This document shows, piece by piece, positions 17,047 through 27,381 of a DNA stretch of 64,000 nt (within the stretch, counting starts at the first letter, position 1; each line of letters opens with the position of its first letter). Origin of the DNA: a virus (Duplodnaviria; Heunggongvirae; Uroviricota; Caudoviricetes); IMG/VR virus record IMGVR_UViG_3300012346_000380, positions 64,001 to 128,000 of that record; one strand, 5' to 3'. The notes under the pieces are model-generated. The model saw only the letters and a list, made by a program, of their open reading frames with translations. It was not told the DNA's origin and made no database searches. The translations under genes were made by a program, and so were the position numbers.

Positions 17047-19071
17047 TTACCAAAGATATGAAAAAGAATCTATTTTATCAAGTCTGTCTTTAAGTTCTTT
17101 TGCTTTTTGTTCAACTTCTCTTTTATACCAAGATTCTGCTTCTCCATATTTAGCAACTGATTCTTCTTGTTGTGCAACAACACGAACATATCCAGAATAA
17201 TCATCTAAGATACGTTGCATGTGATTAGCAACATCTGCTAATTTAGCTTCAGCGCCTTTTGCATTTGTACCTACGATAATTTCGCCGTAACGTCCTTTAG
17301 TTTGTTTAGCTAAACCGTCTTTGATTTGTTCAGACATTCTTTCGATTGCTTTTGCAACTAAGCTATCCATTGGCATTTGAGTGGCTTTTTGAGCAATGAT
17401 TTGATTATATCTTGCCATGTTTTCAGCTTTAAAATCTTTATCTGATTTAAATGCAATTGCACCTTTTTTAGCTGCTGCTCTTTCTGCTCTTTCAGCTTCT
17501 GCTGAATACTTTTGTCTTAATAAAGCTGTATTGATTACAATTGCTCTATCAGCTACTTCTGAAATTCTTTTAACATTGTAAAGTCCTGTTGCATCCCATC
17601 CGCTGTATTTTTTATTAATACCGATTGAATCACTTGGATTGTTATCAACTTGTTTTAATGTTCTATTTTTTGGATTTCTGTCCCATCTTCCACCTGTCCA
17701 AACGTTATCATAGAATTTATTATCTCCTGAAGCTACAGCTAATAAATAGCCTTCACCCGGAATTGTTTTACTTGTATAATACGCATCTGATGGTGCATAA
17801 GTATTTGGTTTTTCTACATCAGAGATATAAAAAACAATAGAGCTTTCTAATTTGTTTTTGTATGCTAATGCGGGTGTTGTAGAAATAAGATCTTCGTCTT
17901 CAATTTGATCTAATTTTAATTTAGTAGCTCCGTAAAATGCTTTTGCTAATGTAGCATCAAATTTACCTTGTCTTGTAAATAAGCCGGCTAACATAGATGA
18001 TTTAAATGATTCTGAAACTAATTCAAAAGATTCATCAATTGAATTAACGAATTCAGAAAATGATTCATAAATGAATTTGGTTTCCATATTTATATTGTTA
18101 TTTTCGTTTGTTTTTAATTTATAATCACTTTGGTAAAGAGTAGCCGCGATTCTTTGTCCAGTTTTAGTTAAACCAACTTTATCTTCTTGAATATTAAAGA
18201 ATGTTGAATTTCTTCTTAACCATCTTTTAGAATCTTCTGTTAATCCAGAAACTAAAGTATCGAATTCTTCTTTGGTTAATTCACCGTCTTTTAAAGCTTC
18301 AATAATTTTATTTCTAATAGCTGCATGTTTTCCGGCTGTTTTAGCTGGATAATTTTCAGTATATTGTCTTTTTAAAGTGATTTTAGATTCATCTAGTTCT
18401 TCTGAATTTTCATCGTATGCATCTAAAAATGATTCTTTAACTGGTTTTTTTAAACCTTTAATAAAGTCTTCAACTGACGAATCAGAAGTTCCATAAATTT
18501 CATTAGGTGTTACTGCGTGATTAACAACAGAACCATCATCATAAATATTATATGAGCCACCATCGTATTCTTCTCCGTTATAATCTAAATCAAATGAATC
18601 TTCTTCTAATGTTCTAAGATTAACTGTTACTTTTGCATTATCGACTTTTGACATTGCTTTAGCTAAAGTTTCTGCAACCTTTTTAGTTTGAGCTTTAGTT
18701 AAACCAGCTGGAGCTCCAAATTTAGAAGCTTCATCTAATTCATTAGATTCACTAACTGCACTTTTAGCAGCATTAACGATTTTTGATTTGTTATTTTTAC
18801 CAAAATACCAATACATTCCTGCTACAGCGCTATCATCGCATTCTCCTATAATAATTGCATCAGCTGCTTGTCTACCTGCTTTGCTATTTAATAAAGCTAC
18901 TGCTTCAGCATCTTTAAGACCAAATTCTTTCATTAAGTCTTTAACAGCTGCATCGAATATTTCGTATGCTATTTTTTCATTATGCGCATCTTCCATGGCA
19001 CCAAAGAAGCCATACGAAGTGTTGATGTCGTCTTTGCTATATTTCTCATTAAGAAAGTTTTGAAAATTCAT
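17047..19071 (-). CDS. Large modular putative internal head protein (674 aa)
   Basis: MNFQNFLNE start; internal LDE, LDE, TNE and VSE junctions. Confidence 0.6.
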   Translation of the reverse strand: MNFQNFLNEKYSKDDINTSYGFFGAMEDAHNEKIAYEIFDAAVKDLMKEFGLKDAEAVALLNSKAGRQAADAIIIGECDDSAVAGMYWYFGKNNKSKIVNAAKSAVSESNELDEASKFGAPAGLTKAQTKKVAETLAKAMSKVDNAKVTVNLRTLEEDSFDLDYNGEEYDGGSYNIYDDGSVVNHAVTPNEIYGTSDSSVEDFIKGLKKPVKESFLDAYDENSEELDESKITLKRQYTENYPAKTAGKHAAIRNKIIEALKDGELTKEEFDTLVSGLTEDSKRWLRRNSTFFNIQEDKVGLTKTGQRIAATLYQSDYKLKTNENNNINMETKFIYESFSEFVNSIDESFELVSESFKSSMLAGLFTRQGKFDATLAKAFYGATKLKLDQIEDEDLISTTPALAYKNKLESSIVFYISDVEKPNTYAPSDAYYTSKTIPGEGYLLAVASGDNKFYDNVWTGGRWDRNPKNRTLKQVDNNPSDSIGINKKYSGWDATGLYNVKRISEVADRAIVINTALLRQKYSAEAERAERAAAKKGAIAFKSDKDFKAENMARYNQIIAQKATQMPMDSLVAKAIERMSEQIKDGLAKQTKGRYGEIIVGTNAKGAEAKLADVANHMQRILDDYSGYVRVVAQQEESVAKYGEAESWYKREVEQKAKELKDRLDKIDSFSYLW

Positions 19072-19111
19072 AGTTTTTATTATTTTTCTTTATCTATATA
19101 TTAAGATAATA

Positions 19112-20248
19112 TTATTCCGTTGGATTTTTAATGCTTCTTTCAACAAATTTTAAACTTGAAATTGAAATTGCAGTTGGAACAAAATCTGTTGTTACATTAA
19201 TGGCATCTTTTCTAAATACGATATATGTTAAACCAGCGTGGATCTGATCTACTGCCTTTTGCATATCATTATCTAAATCTTTAGGATTTCTAACATATTT
19301 TAAACGCTTTAATTCTGATAAAACATAAGTATCTGTTTGATCTGCTTTAGCAATATGAAATGTGATAGTATCTCCAGAAACATCAGCTGGATCTAATAGA
19401 TCAATACTCAATTCAATAGGTTTTACATTTGGACCTCTTAAAATAACATTGGTATAACCATGCATGAAATTTTGAATTTGGCTAGCTTGTTGATAGAAAT
19501 TTCTAAAATTAGCTAAATCAGAAAGATTACATTCTCCTGATAAAATAACATGTTGTCTATTTAATAAAGCATTAATAGATGCAACTAATTCTGGTGTAAA
19601 ATACAAAGACACATCAAATTTTGAACGTGTTGAAAATCCTGTTAATTTATCTAGTCTTCTTAAAGTATCTACTAATTCTTTCCAGAATTCAAAGTTACTT
19701 ACTTTTGAACGAACACCTGCCAAAATAGCTGCATTTCCTTGACCTGAATAATCTTTAACTTCATATTTATCTTTACCTACAAGTACATCAAAGCTTTCAC
19801 TACCACCTTGAATTTGAGAGCCTTTAATTGTCCAAGCTATCATAGGTTCACCTCGACCTAAACCTCTTGAAGGAATACAGTCGAATAATCTTCCTAATAC
19901 ACTACTTTTATTAGAGTACATTGATATTTTTAATTCATTTGGTGATTTTAAAGAATATAAACTATTTGCTAATTCAATAGAATCTTTTGGATTTAAACTC
20001 GATATGAAATTAATAAGTACTGCTGAAGCTTGTCCATTGGGATATAGTGATGCAAAATTTATATAATCTTGAATTTTACCGTTCTTTTTAATTTGATCAA
20101 TTAAAACCATGTTACGATGTTGAGAACCAGGTGCATTTACCTCACCATTTAATGAATCGTTTGCAGCTTCATTAAGTACTCTAAATATTTCATTTTTATT
20201 TAATTGACTAGCAAATCTAGCTTTAATATCTCCGTGCGTTTGTGCCAT
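19112..20248 (-). CDS. Hypothetical protein with PD-(D/E)xK nuclease-like motif
   Basis: GLGRGE...GGSESFDVLVGKDKYEVKD; VLNE site near the N-terminus. Confidence 0.45.
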   Translation of the reverse strand: MAQTHGDIKARFASQLNKNEIFRVLNEAANDSLNGEVNAPGSQHRNMVLIDQIKKNGKIQDYINFASLYPNGQASAVLINFISSLNPKDSIELANSLYSLKSPNELKISMYSNKSSVLGRLFDCIPSRGLGRGEPMIAWTIKGSQIQGGSESFDVLVGKDKYEVKDYSGQGNAAILAGVRSKVSNFEFWKELVDTLRRLDKLTGFSTRSKFDVSLYFTPELVASINALLNRQHVILSGECNLSDLANFRNFYQQASQIQNFMHGYTNVILRGPNVKPIELSIDLLDPADVSGDTITFHIAKADQTDTYVLSELKRLKYVRNPKDLDNDMQKAVDQIHAGLTYIVFRKDAINVTTDFVPTAISISSLKFVERSIKNPTE

Positions 20249-20252
20249 TTTA

Positions 20253-22133
20253 TTATTTAATAATATTAGTATTTAATTTAAATTGTTCAAAGGTTAATAC
20301 ATCTGTACTTGCTTCTGTTTCAATAGCTTCTGAAATCTTTAATGAAGTTTCTAACTTTTGTTTAAGTTCATTAAATAAAGGACCTAAAGCTTTTGGTGTC
20401 ATTTTGTCAAAAGTCTTTTTGTCATTAGCTAATAAAGCTTCTCTAACTTTAGTTGCTGAAATATCTTCATCGTCTCTTTTGATCTCATATAAACCAAACT
20501 CTGGCAAAACACCAAGTTCATCTCTATATTTGTCATTGTTTACTTGATAGCCATAAGTTTTGAAACGATCTGTACCTGTTCCCCATAAAACTGGTTCATA
20601 TTTAGGTCTCATTTCATTAAACATAACATCGATGCCTGCTGTTGGAATTACAAAAATCTCTTTTAAGAAAGGATATTGCTTTTGCACTTGCATAAACATT
20701 TGAATTTGTGTTTCTGTATCAAATGGTCTTTTAACAGCGTCATCCTTTTGTGCTTTTGCAGCTTTAACCAAAAATACTACGACTGGATAACCATTTTGTT
20801 TGTGGATTGTTTCTAAAACTTTAGCATGTCCAAGAGTAAATGGCTGGAATCTACCAACAAACATGTTTACTTTTTCTTTACCTTGTTCTGAATAATTAAT
20901 TTTTAATGCTTCGTTCATGTTAGTTTTACTAGCAGAAATCTTATTATGCATTAAGAAATTATTGAAGTTGTGAATTGCATTTTCATCTGCGTTTTCTACA
21001 AATACTTTTTGTTCAATTACATCAATAATTTGATTTAATTGTTCTAGTATATTTGAATTTAGCAAAGCAGATTCTTTTATTTTCTTTTTAGAAAAAGAGC
21101 TTAACATAATTTTATAAAGTTCTGCTAAGACTGGATTTTCTAAATATTCTAATGTCTTTTCATTGTCAATATATTTTGTATTGATATTGAATAATGCAGA
21201 TTTAGAAAAATCGGCTGCTCCAAAATCAACTCCGACATATTTAGTAGCATTTTCTTTAACATACGAATTGTACATTGCTGAAATTAACTCAATATATCTT
21301 TTATCTGAAGCTGTTTCTAACAGTTCAATGTTGTCTAAATCTACTGTTGAAAAGAATTCTAACAAATCAACCATTGTAATTTGATACATGTGACTTGCTT
21401 CTCTGTTAGAGATTTCAGCTTCATTGGCTGGTTTAAATTCTTCTAATTTAAAACTTTTAATTTGTGTTGAATCTACGAAAGAAACTATTAAACCGTCGAT
21501 TGGTTTAACCAAATCTTCATTTAAAATGGTTTTATAAGCTCCTGGATTAAATAATTTGTAAATGTGGTTGGTGAACGCTTCATTTCCAAATCTTTTAGCG
21601 TATGATTCGTTTGACATTGAAAGCAATGTCACTAAATTTCTCTTTTGATCCTCGTTTAACATACCATCGAAAATGATTGATGGTCCTTGTACTTGTAATT
21701 TTTGTGCCCATTCTTTTAGAATTTTAGGATCTGTTAAAACTTTTTTAGCTTTGCCATTAGTTCCTAAAACTTGAATGTGTGTTAATATCATAAAATTGAA
21801 AGGTGTTGAATCGTATTCAATAGAAGACATATTAGCTTCTGGTAAATATTCAAATCCAAACTTCCAATCGCTTGGCATTTGATTTTTCTCGTTTAGTGTT
21901 AAACTTTGAAAGTGTTTAATGGCATTTTCATATACTGAAGTTAACGTTCTATCTATAATATTCATAGCTTCGTTATTTCCAGATTTGAAATACTCAAAAC
22001 CTTCCATTGCTCTTCTAACATGAAATGAAGCTCCTGCAATCTTTTCAGTTACAACAACTCTTGATTTTAACATGTCGTTAAATGTATTGGGATTCGTACC
22101 TTGATAAAAATCTCTTAATTTTTGTAATGCCAT
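20253..22133 (-). CDS. Cytidylyltransferase-like (HxGH) nucleotidyltransferase with a ligase-like N-terminal domain
   Basis: C-domain FVGRFQPFTLGH...ISATKVREAL; N-domain VTEKIAG (KxxG-like). Confidence 0.7.
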   Translation of the reverse strand: MALQKLRDFYQGTNPNTFNDMLKSRVVVTEKIAGASFHVRRAMEGFEYFKSGNNEAMNIIDRTLTSVYENAIKHFQSLTLNEKNQMPSDWKFGFEYLPEANMSSIEYDSTPFNFMILTHIQVLGTNGKAKKVLTDPKILKEWAQKLQVQGPSIIFDGMLNEDQKRNLVTLLSMSNESYAKRFGNEAFTNHIYKLFNPGAYKTILNEDLVKPIDGLIVSFVDSTQIKSFKLEEFKPANEAEISNREASHMYQITMVDLLEFFSTVDLDNIELLETASDKRYIELISAMYNSYVKENATKYVGVDFGAADFSKSALFNINTKYIDNEKTLEYLENPVLAELYKIMLSSFSKKKIKESALLNSNILEQLNQIIDVIEQKVFVENADENAIHNFNNFLMHNKISASKTNMNEALKINYSEQGKEKVNMFVGRFQPFTLGHAKVLETIHKQNGYPVVVFLVKAAKAQKDDAVKRPFDTETQIQMFMQVQKQYPFLKEIFVIPTAGIDVMFNEMRPKYEPVLWGTGTDRFKTYGYQVNNDKYRDELGVLPEFGLYEIKRDDEDISATKVREALLANDKKTFDKMTPKALGPLFNELKQKLETSLKISEAIETEASTDVLTFEQFKLNTNIIK

Positions 22134-22204
22134 TTTTCTTATTTTTGTTTTACAAATATACTAAATCTATTTGATATATGAAAATATTTATAGATTTATT
22201 TTAT

Positions 22205-23485
22205 TTATCTTCCGTATTTTATAATACCCATAAGCTGATTAATGGCAGCAAATGTTCCAGTAAGCTTAAATAATTTACCTTTATATTGAAAAACTAAGCC
22301 TTCTGAAGGTACGATAGAATCAATACCACCGATAGAATCTAATCTAGCTAATTCTTTTTCTACTTTAGCTAATTGAGTTAAATCTCCGTTTTGTTTGATT
22401 TTATCAGCCTCTGTTTTAATTTGTGTATGTAGTCTCTGCATTTCTTGAGCTGGATTAGCAACTAAAAGATTAGAAACATTTTTTAATACAACTGAACCTA
22501 ATTCTAAGAATAAGTTTTCAAATGGTAAAATGTTTTCTTTAAATTTTTTAACTGAATCTTCTTTGTCAAATTTTTGAAATGCTTTATATTCTGCTGGATC
22601 CATTTTCTTTGCAAGATCTCTAATATTTAAAGTTTTCTTGTCATTGAATGCCCATCTTTGTACTAAACCTGCTTTGTCAATTTCGTCTAATTTTGAAAAG
22701 TCTTTATCTATAAGTTCTTTCCACCACATTTCGTGATATTTAGAAACTGGCTCAGTATCTTGTAAGTTATATCTTTTTTGTAAAACATTAACCTTATTTA
22801 AGAAATAACCTTTCTTTTCTTCAAAGTCAATTGATTTACCTATTTGTAATTCCTGAGGTGGAATGATTTCAAATGTTTTTTGTACGTGTGAATTAACTGA
22901 TTTTAATGCGTTTGCTATTTTACCAGCTAATTTAGAATCAGAACCTATCTGATTACCTTCTCCATCAGTGTGAACCATGCCATGAAATTGAATAACATCT
23001 TTACCATAAGCAATTACATTTGAATTGCCAGAGTAAATTAATTCCATATTCATAAATGAGGTTCCATCATTAAATTCTTGTTGATCCTTTGCAGATAGCG
23101 ACTGTAACGCACTGGCCAAATCTTGTGCAGCGAACGTAAATGTATCTCTAACGCCGGTTGATGGATGATCCTGAAACATCTGTGTGATTCCATTAAGATC
23201 TATTGGTTGTTTCATCTGTCCCTTATTTCTAGCGAACATTGCTTGACCATTTTTAACTGTAACAAATACGTTTTGACCATCTGTTTTTTCAGTAGGAGCT
23301 GCTTCGAAATCTAAACGACCTTCTAATGCACCATCAATAATGTGTTTGATTTCACCGAATGTAAGAGTTTCATCATCAAATGGATGCATCATGTGACCTG
23401 CTGCTCCACCTTCTAAGATAATGTCTGGATATTGTTGATTCCATTTTTCAATAAGGAACTCTGTATAATTTAAAAGTGTTTTCAT
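22205..23485 (-). CDS. RNA/DNA-ligase-fold-like protein (DUF6267-like) with capsid-targeting N-terminus
   Basis: MKTLLNYTEFLIE; GHMMHPFD; TEKTDGQN (motif I), SEGLVF (motif IV), FKLTG (motif V). Confidence 0.6.
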   Translation of the reverse strand: MKTLLNYTEFLIEKWNQQYPDIILEGGAAGHMMHPFDDETLTFGEIKHIIDGALEGRLDFEAAPTEKTDGQNVFVTVKNGQAMFARNKGQMKQPIDLNGITQMFQDHPSTGVRDTFTFAAQDLASALQSLSAKDQQEFNDGTSFMNMELIYSGNSNVIAYGKDVIQFHGMVHTDGEGNQIGSDSKLAGKIANALKSVNSHVQKTFEIIPPQELQIGKSIDFEEKKGYFLNKVNVLQKRYNLQDTEPVSKYHEMWWKELIDKDFSKLDEIDKAGLVQRWAFNDKKTLNIRDLAKKMDPAEYKAFQKFDKEDSVKKFKENILPFENLFLELGSVVLKNVSNLLVANPAQEMQRLHTQIKTEADKIKQNGDLTQLAKVEKELARLDSIGGIDSIVPSEGLVFQYKGKLFKLTGTFAAINQLMGIIKYGR

Positions 23486-23499
23486 ATTAGGAGAAATAT

Positions 23500-23527
23500 A
23501 AAAGACCCAAGATTAATTGGGTCTTTT
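23500..23527 (-). terminator. Intrinsic terminator
   Basis: AAAAGACCCAA-GATTAA-TTGGGTCTTTT. Confidence 0.8.
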
Positions 23528-23543
23528 TAATTTTATAGATATT

Positions 23544-25820
23544 TTAGTTTTCAGTGTTTGATTCTTCAATATAATCTGCAAGATCTTCATCATCCCAGCC
23601 ATATTCGTCATCTGCTAAAACTGCTTTAAGATCTTTAGTATCTCCAGTTAATTTAACTTCTGGATAACCAGATGGTCCCTTTTTGTTAATTACTTCTAAA
23701 GTAACATTGTGTTTCTTTAATAATTTAGCTAAGTTTTTATCTTTAGGGTCTGTAGCATCTACTTCAACAGTAGCTTCGTTAGTAACTGATTCTCCTAAAG
23801 AACTTGTTAACATTCCGATAGCTGCGCCGTAATCGCCATCAACTTTACCAAGAATTCCTTTGATAACATCTTCTGCTTTAGCTTCATCGAATTCATCTTT
23901 GAATGCATCTTTTAAAACTGTCATTGCGTATTCTTTAAATTGATCATCAGACTTGATGTCTTCTTCATTAAATTCTACAGCTTCTTGAATTTTTTTAGCA
24001 GCTAATTTATCATCTTTCTTAGAAACGTTATCTGTGTAAGAACCATCTCCCCAAAATGCTACGATAGCATTTGTATCAGATGTTGAGTGAAATCCTGAAC
24101 CTGCATTAAAAACATCTACGAATTGTAAACCTTTTTTATTTTTGATTAAGTCTTTTGCAAAAGCCATAGCTTGACTTTGGTTACCGAATTTTTTGAATGC
24201 TCTTACGCCATCTGAGTAATGAACTTCAAAACCTTCATTAACGTCTAAAGATTCCATTGCTAATTCTAAGTCTTTGTCTTTATCTGAAACAACTGCATCT
24301 AATTCAGCTTCTAAAGCTTTCTTTTTTGCTGTCATTTCTTTTAAAGTGTTTAATAATGCAGTTTTTGCATCACCTTCAGCTGCTTTCCAACTAGCTGCAG
24401 CGTCTTTCATTGCATTAGTAACTTTAGTCCATTCTGTTTGAATTTTATTAATCGATCTAGCTTCGTTTACGTCATCGCTTTCGATTGATTCAGTAGATTC
24501 TTTTAAACCTTTTAATTCAGTTTTTAATTTTGAATCTAAACCTCTTTCAATACCCCAGTTGTGAGATGCTTTAACTAACATTTCTAATGGTAAGTTTGCA
24601 TTCTTTTTACCGAAAGGAGAAGTTCTAATCCAATCAATATAATGTTGTGCTAATTCTTTTGACATTTTAATACCTTCTGCGCTAGAAGAATCTCCATCTA
24701 CAATAGCTTGAAGTAATTTAGTAGCCATTCCGTGTGAACCTTCAGTTAATGCTGATTCATACATGCCTTCAAATTTATCATTGATTCTATATGCAATGTA
24801 ACCGATGATTTCATCTAATTCAAAACCTTCTTCATATAGATCTTCAATAACTGCTTTAGAACAATCTATTAAAGAATTCATTTCTTTAATTGGCACTAAA
24901 CCACCCATTCTACCGATAGCTGATCTAGAAACATTGTAGTTTGCTTCAAATACATCATCAATTACGTCAAATTCAGATGCGTTATCTTCTTTAACTTTGT
25001 AAGTTTTACCGTCAAATTCAAATTCTTTTTCTCCAGCTTCTTTAGCTTTAGTAACTGCAGCTCCAAAAGCATTACCTTCAGTTAATAAAGATTCTGCAAC
25101 TGGTTTTAATTCTTTATCTTCGTACGTGTCAGCCATGTACCATTTACCGTCTCTTTCATCGTATAAATAAGCGTATTCTGCACCCGATTGGTTTGCAACA
25201 CCTTTTAAATACTTAGCTACGTTTTTAACATCTGCTTTAGTAGTCATGTCACCTTTTTCATTTCTATCTCTTCCGTAAAATAAAGTAACGCCTTTTTCTG
25301 GATTACTGAAATCCATTGGTTTATCACCAATTTTAGCATCTAAGTATGAAATACCAGCTTTACCTAATTTTAATAATTGATCTACTGATTTAGTGTCTTT
25401 GTAATTTTTCAATAATGGCACCATATTCTCTGGATAACCATCATAATGTACGTAAGTTGATACGATTTTACCTGACTTGTCAATTTTACCAATTTGAGAT
25501 CTTGTCCCTTCATTGATAACTGCCTCGTTTGTTAATTCTTCGCCTTTTTTAGGATCTTCTTCTTTAGGTTCACCTAATTTAACAATATCTTTTTCAATTT
25601 CTTCTGCTTCATCTTCATTAAAGATTTTAGCAACTAAGGCATTTCTTTTTTCTTCATCTAATTCTTGTAGTGAAGTAACACCCATTTCTTCAAGAGCTGC
25701 ACCGATTTTAGATACGATTTCTGCTCTTTTGGCTTTACCTTCTTCATGAAGTTGAGCTGCCTTTGTTTGATTTTTAACCTCAGTAAAGGACTTAAATGAT
25801 GAAATTTTTTGTACTGACAT
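23544..25820 (-). CDS. Modular putative internal head polyprotein (758 aa)
   Basis: Repeated [LVIF]-[NT]-E|[AG] junctions separate distinct small domains. Confidence 0.65.
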   Translation of the reverse strand: MSVQKISSFKSFTEVKNQTKAAQLHEEGKAKRAEIVSKIGAALEEMGVTSLQELDEEKRNALVAKIFNEDEAEEIEKDIVKLGEPKEEDPKKGEELTNEAVINEGTRSQIGKIDKSGKIVSTYVHYDGYPENMVPLLKNYKDTKSVDQLLKLGKAGISYLDAKIGDKPMDFSNPEKGVTLFYGRDRNEKGDMTTKADVKNVAKYLKGVANQSGAEYAYLYDERDGKWYMADTYEDKELKPVAESLLTEGNAFGAAVTKAKEAGEKEFEFDGKTYKVKEDNASEFDVIDDVFEANYNVSRSAIGRMGGLVPIKEMNSLIDCSKAVIEDLYEEGFELDEIIGYIAYRINDKFEGMYESALTEGSHGMATKLLQAIVDGDSSSAEGIKMSKELAQHYIDWIRTSPFGKKNANLPLEMLVKASHNWGIERGLDSKLKTELKGLKESTESIESDDVNEARSINKIQTEWTKVTNAMKDAAASWKAAEGDAKTALLNTLKEMTAKKKALEAELDAVVSDKDKDLELAMESLDVNEGFEVHYSDGVRAFKKFGNQSQAMAFAKDLIKNKKGLQFVDVFNAGSGFHSTSDTNAIVAFWGDGSYTDNVSKKDDKLAAKKIQEAVEFNEEDIKSDDQFKEYAMTVLKDAFKDEFDEAKAEDVIKGILGKVDGDYGAAIGMLTSSLGESVTNEATVEVDATDPKDKNLAKLLKKHNVTLEVINKKGPSGYPEVKLTGDTKDLKAVLADDEYGWDDEDLADYIEESNTEN

Positions 25821-25856
25821 ATTCTTTTTTTATTTTTTAATAAGTTATTATGTTAA

Positions 25857-27365
25857 TTATATATCTCCTTCGAATTTGACTTTCTTAATATCATATTCAA
25901 ATTGCTCCTGTCTGTATATACGCTGTCTTTCAAGAGCATGTTTATATAGATAGTTTTCCCATTCTAAAGTGCAAATATTATCTACAAAGTCTATAATAAG
26001 TACATCTGTTTTAGACTCGTGTTGTCTTAGACCACGACCAATAGACTGTCTAATAATTACTTCAGATTTAAACGACTCTGTGAAAAAGATGTTGTGAATT
26101 TTCTTAACAGAAATACCCGTTGAGAATGTACCATAAGAAGCTACAATAACGATTTCTTCACCGTTTTCCATCTTCTTTTTATGTTCTTCTCTAATATCTG
26201 AGTCTGTAGAGCCATCGACGTAATAAACCTTTTTATCGCTATTCTGTCTAAGGGCGTCGTATATTTTCTTGCCATGTTCGATTCTATGGAAAAGTACCAA
26301 AGAATTCCTTGGAATTCTGGATATAACAGACACAACAAAGTCAAGGCGTGCTTGATTGTTGACCACATAATTTTGTTCAAGTTGAAAAACATCTTTACTT
26401 TCGTATTTATTTTGAGCCAATTCTTGAAAGGCAATTTTAGCTGATTCTGGAGCATAGTCCATTTCAATGATTTTAACTTTACAACCTGCAATGTGTCCTT
26501 CTTTTTGTAAGAATGAAGCCTTAACCTCAGTAATTACTGGGCCAGTTTGACTCATTAAAGTTAATTTATCAAGCGTACCGTCTTTTGGCAAAGTACCAGA
26601 AAGACCGAATTTATAATGTGCATTTCTACATTTAGCTAAAATGTCTTTAATAGATTGTGATTTAGCTTTGTGCGTTTCATCGACAATAACTGCGTCAAAC
26701 TCATCAAAATAATCTTTGTCTTTTTTAACAAGTGACTGATACGTACCTATAACAATATTTGCGTTTGGTTTTAATTTTTGACCAGCATATATCTGTTGCA
26801 CTTTGATCTTAACTCTATTTTGCCAATTGTACTCATAGAAATCTTCAGTAGCTTGAACTACTAAAGATACGTTAGGTACTATAAATAAAATCTTAGTTGC
26901 TTTTTGTTTTTCAAGCATATATGAAACGACCATGAAACTAATCATAGTCTTACCTGCTGATGTAGCTAATTCTGCTAAACATCTTTTAAATTTAAGTATA
27001 TTGAAAGCTGCTTCTACTTGATAGTCCCTTGGAACCATCTTTGATCCATTAAAGAAATCATTAACCCATGCTTCAAAAGATTCCATGGTAATGTTAGGAT
27101 CAAAAAGTCTTGTGATACCATTAACTTTTAATTCGAATCTATATTCTTTGCAAAGCGTCATGACATATCGCCATAAACCTACTGGAATCCATTTGTCATC
27201 TTTAATATAAGAAACATAACCGTCCCATAAGCCTCGCTTTACAAGTGGATTAAATCTCCAGCTATCAATTCTTTTTGTTAGTGAAATGTTTAATTGCTCT
27301 AACTCAAGTTCATTAGCCTCATCAATCCTTAAAAATCTGTTATCCTCTGTTAGGGTTAGAACCAA
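25857..27365 (-). CDS. uvsW: Superfamily 2 DNA helicase UvsW
   Basis: PRDYQ, ELATSAGKT, IVDETH, GLSGT, FSTGIS, QSIGRGLR. Confidence 0.93.
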   Translation of the reverse strand: MVLTLTEDNRFLRIDEANELELEQLNISLTKRIDSWRFNPLVKRGLWDGYVSYIKDDKWIPVGLWRYVMTLCKEYRFELKVNGITRLFDPNITMESFEAWVNDFFNGSKMVPRDYQVEAAFNILKFKRCLAELATSAGKTMISFMVVSYMLEKQKATKILFIVPNVSLVVQATEDFYEYNWQNRVKIKVQQIYAGQKLKPNANIVIGTYQSLVKKDKDYFDEFDAVIVDETHKAKSQSIKDILAKCRNAHYKFGLSGTLPKDGTLDKLTLMSQTGPVITEVKASFLQKEGHIAGCKVKIIEMDYAPESAKIAFQELAQNKYESKDVFQLEQNYVVNNQARLDFVVSVISRIPRNSLVLFHRIEHGKKIYDALRQNSDKKVYYVDGSTDSDIREEHKKKMENGEEIVIVASYGTFSTGISVKKIHNIFFTESFKSEVIIRQSIGRGLRQHESKTDVLIIDFVDNICTLEWENYLYKHALERQRIYRQEQFEYDIKKVKFEGDI

Positions 27366-27381
27366 AACATATTAGATATTT

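Noticed and set aside
20253-22133. Calling this a NARP-type NAD reconstitution pathway
   Set aside because: No partner Nampt, Namat or Adps gene nearby; only the generic HxGH fold is supported.
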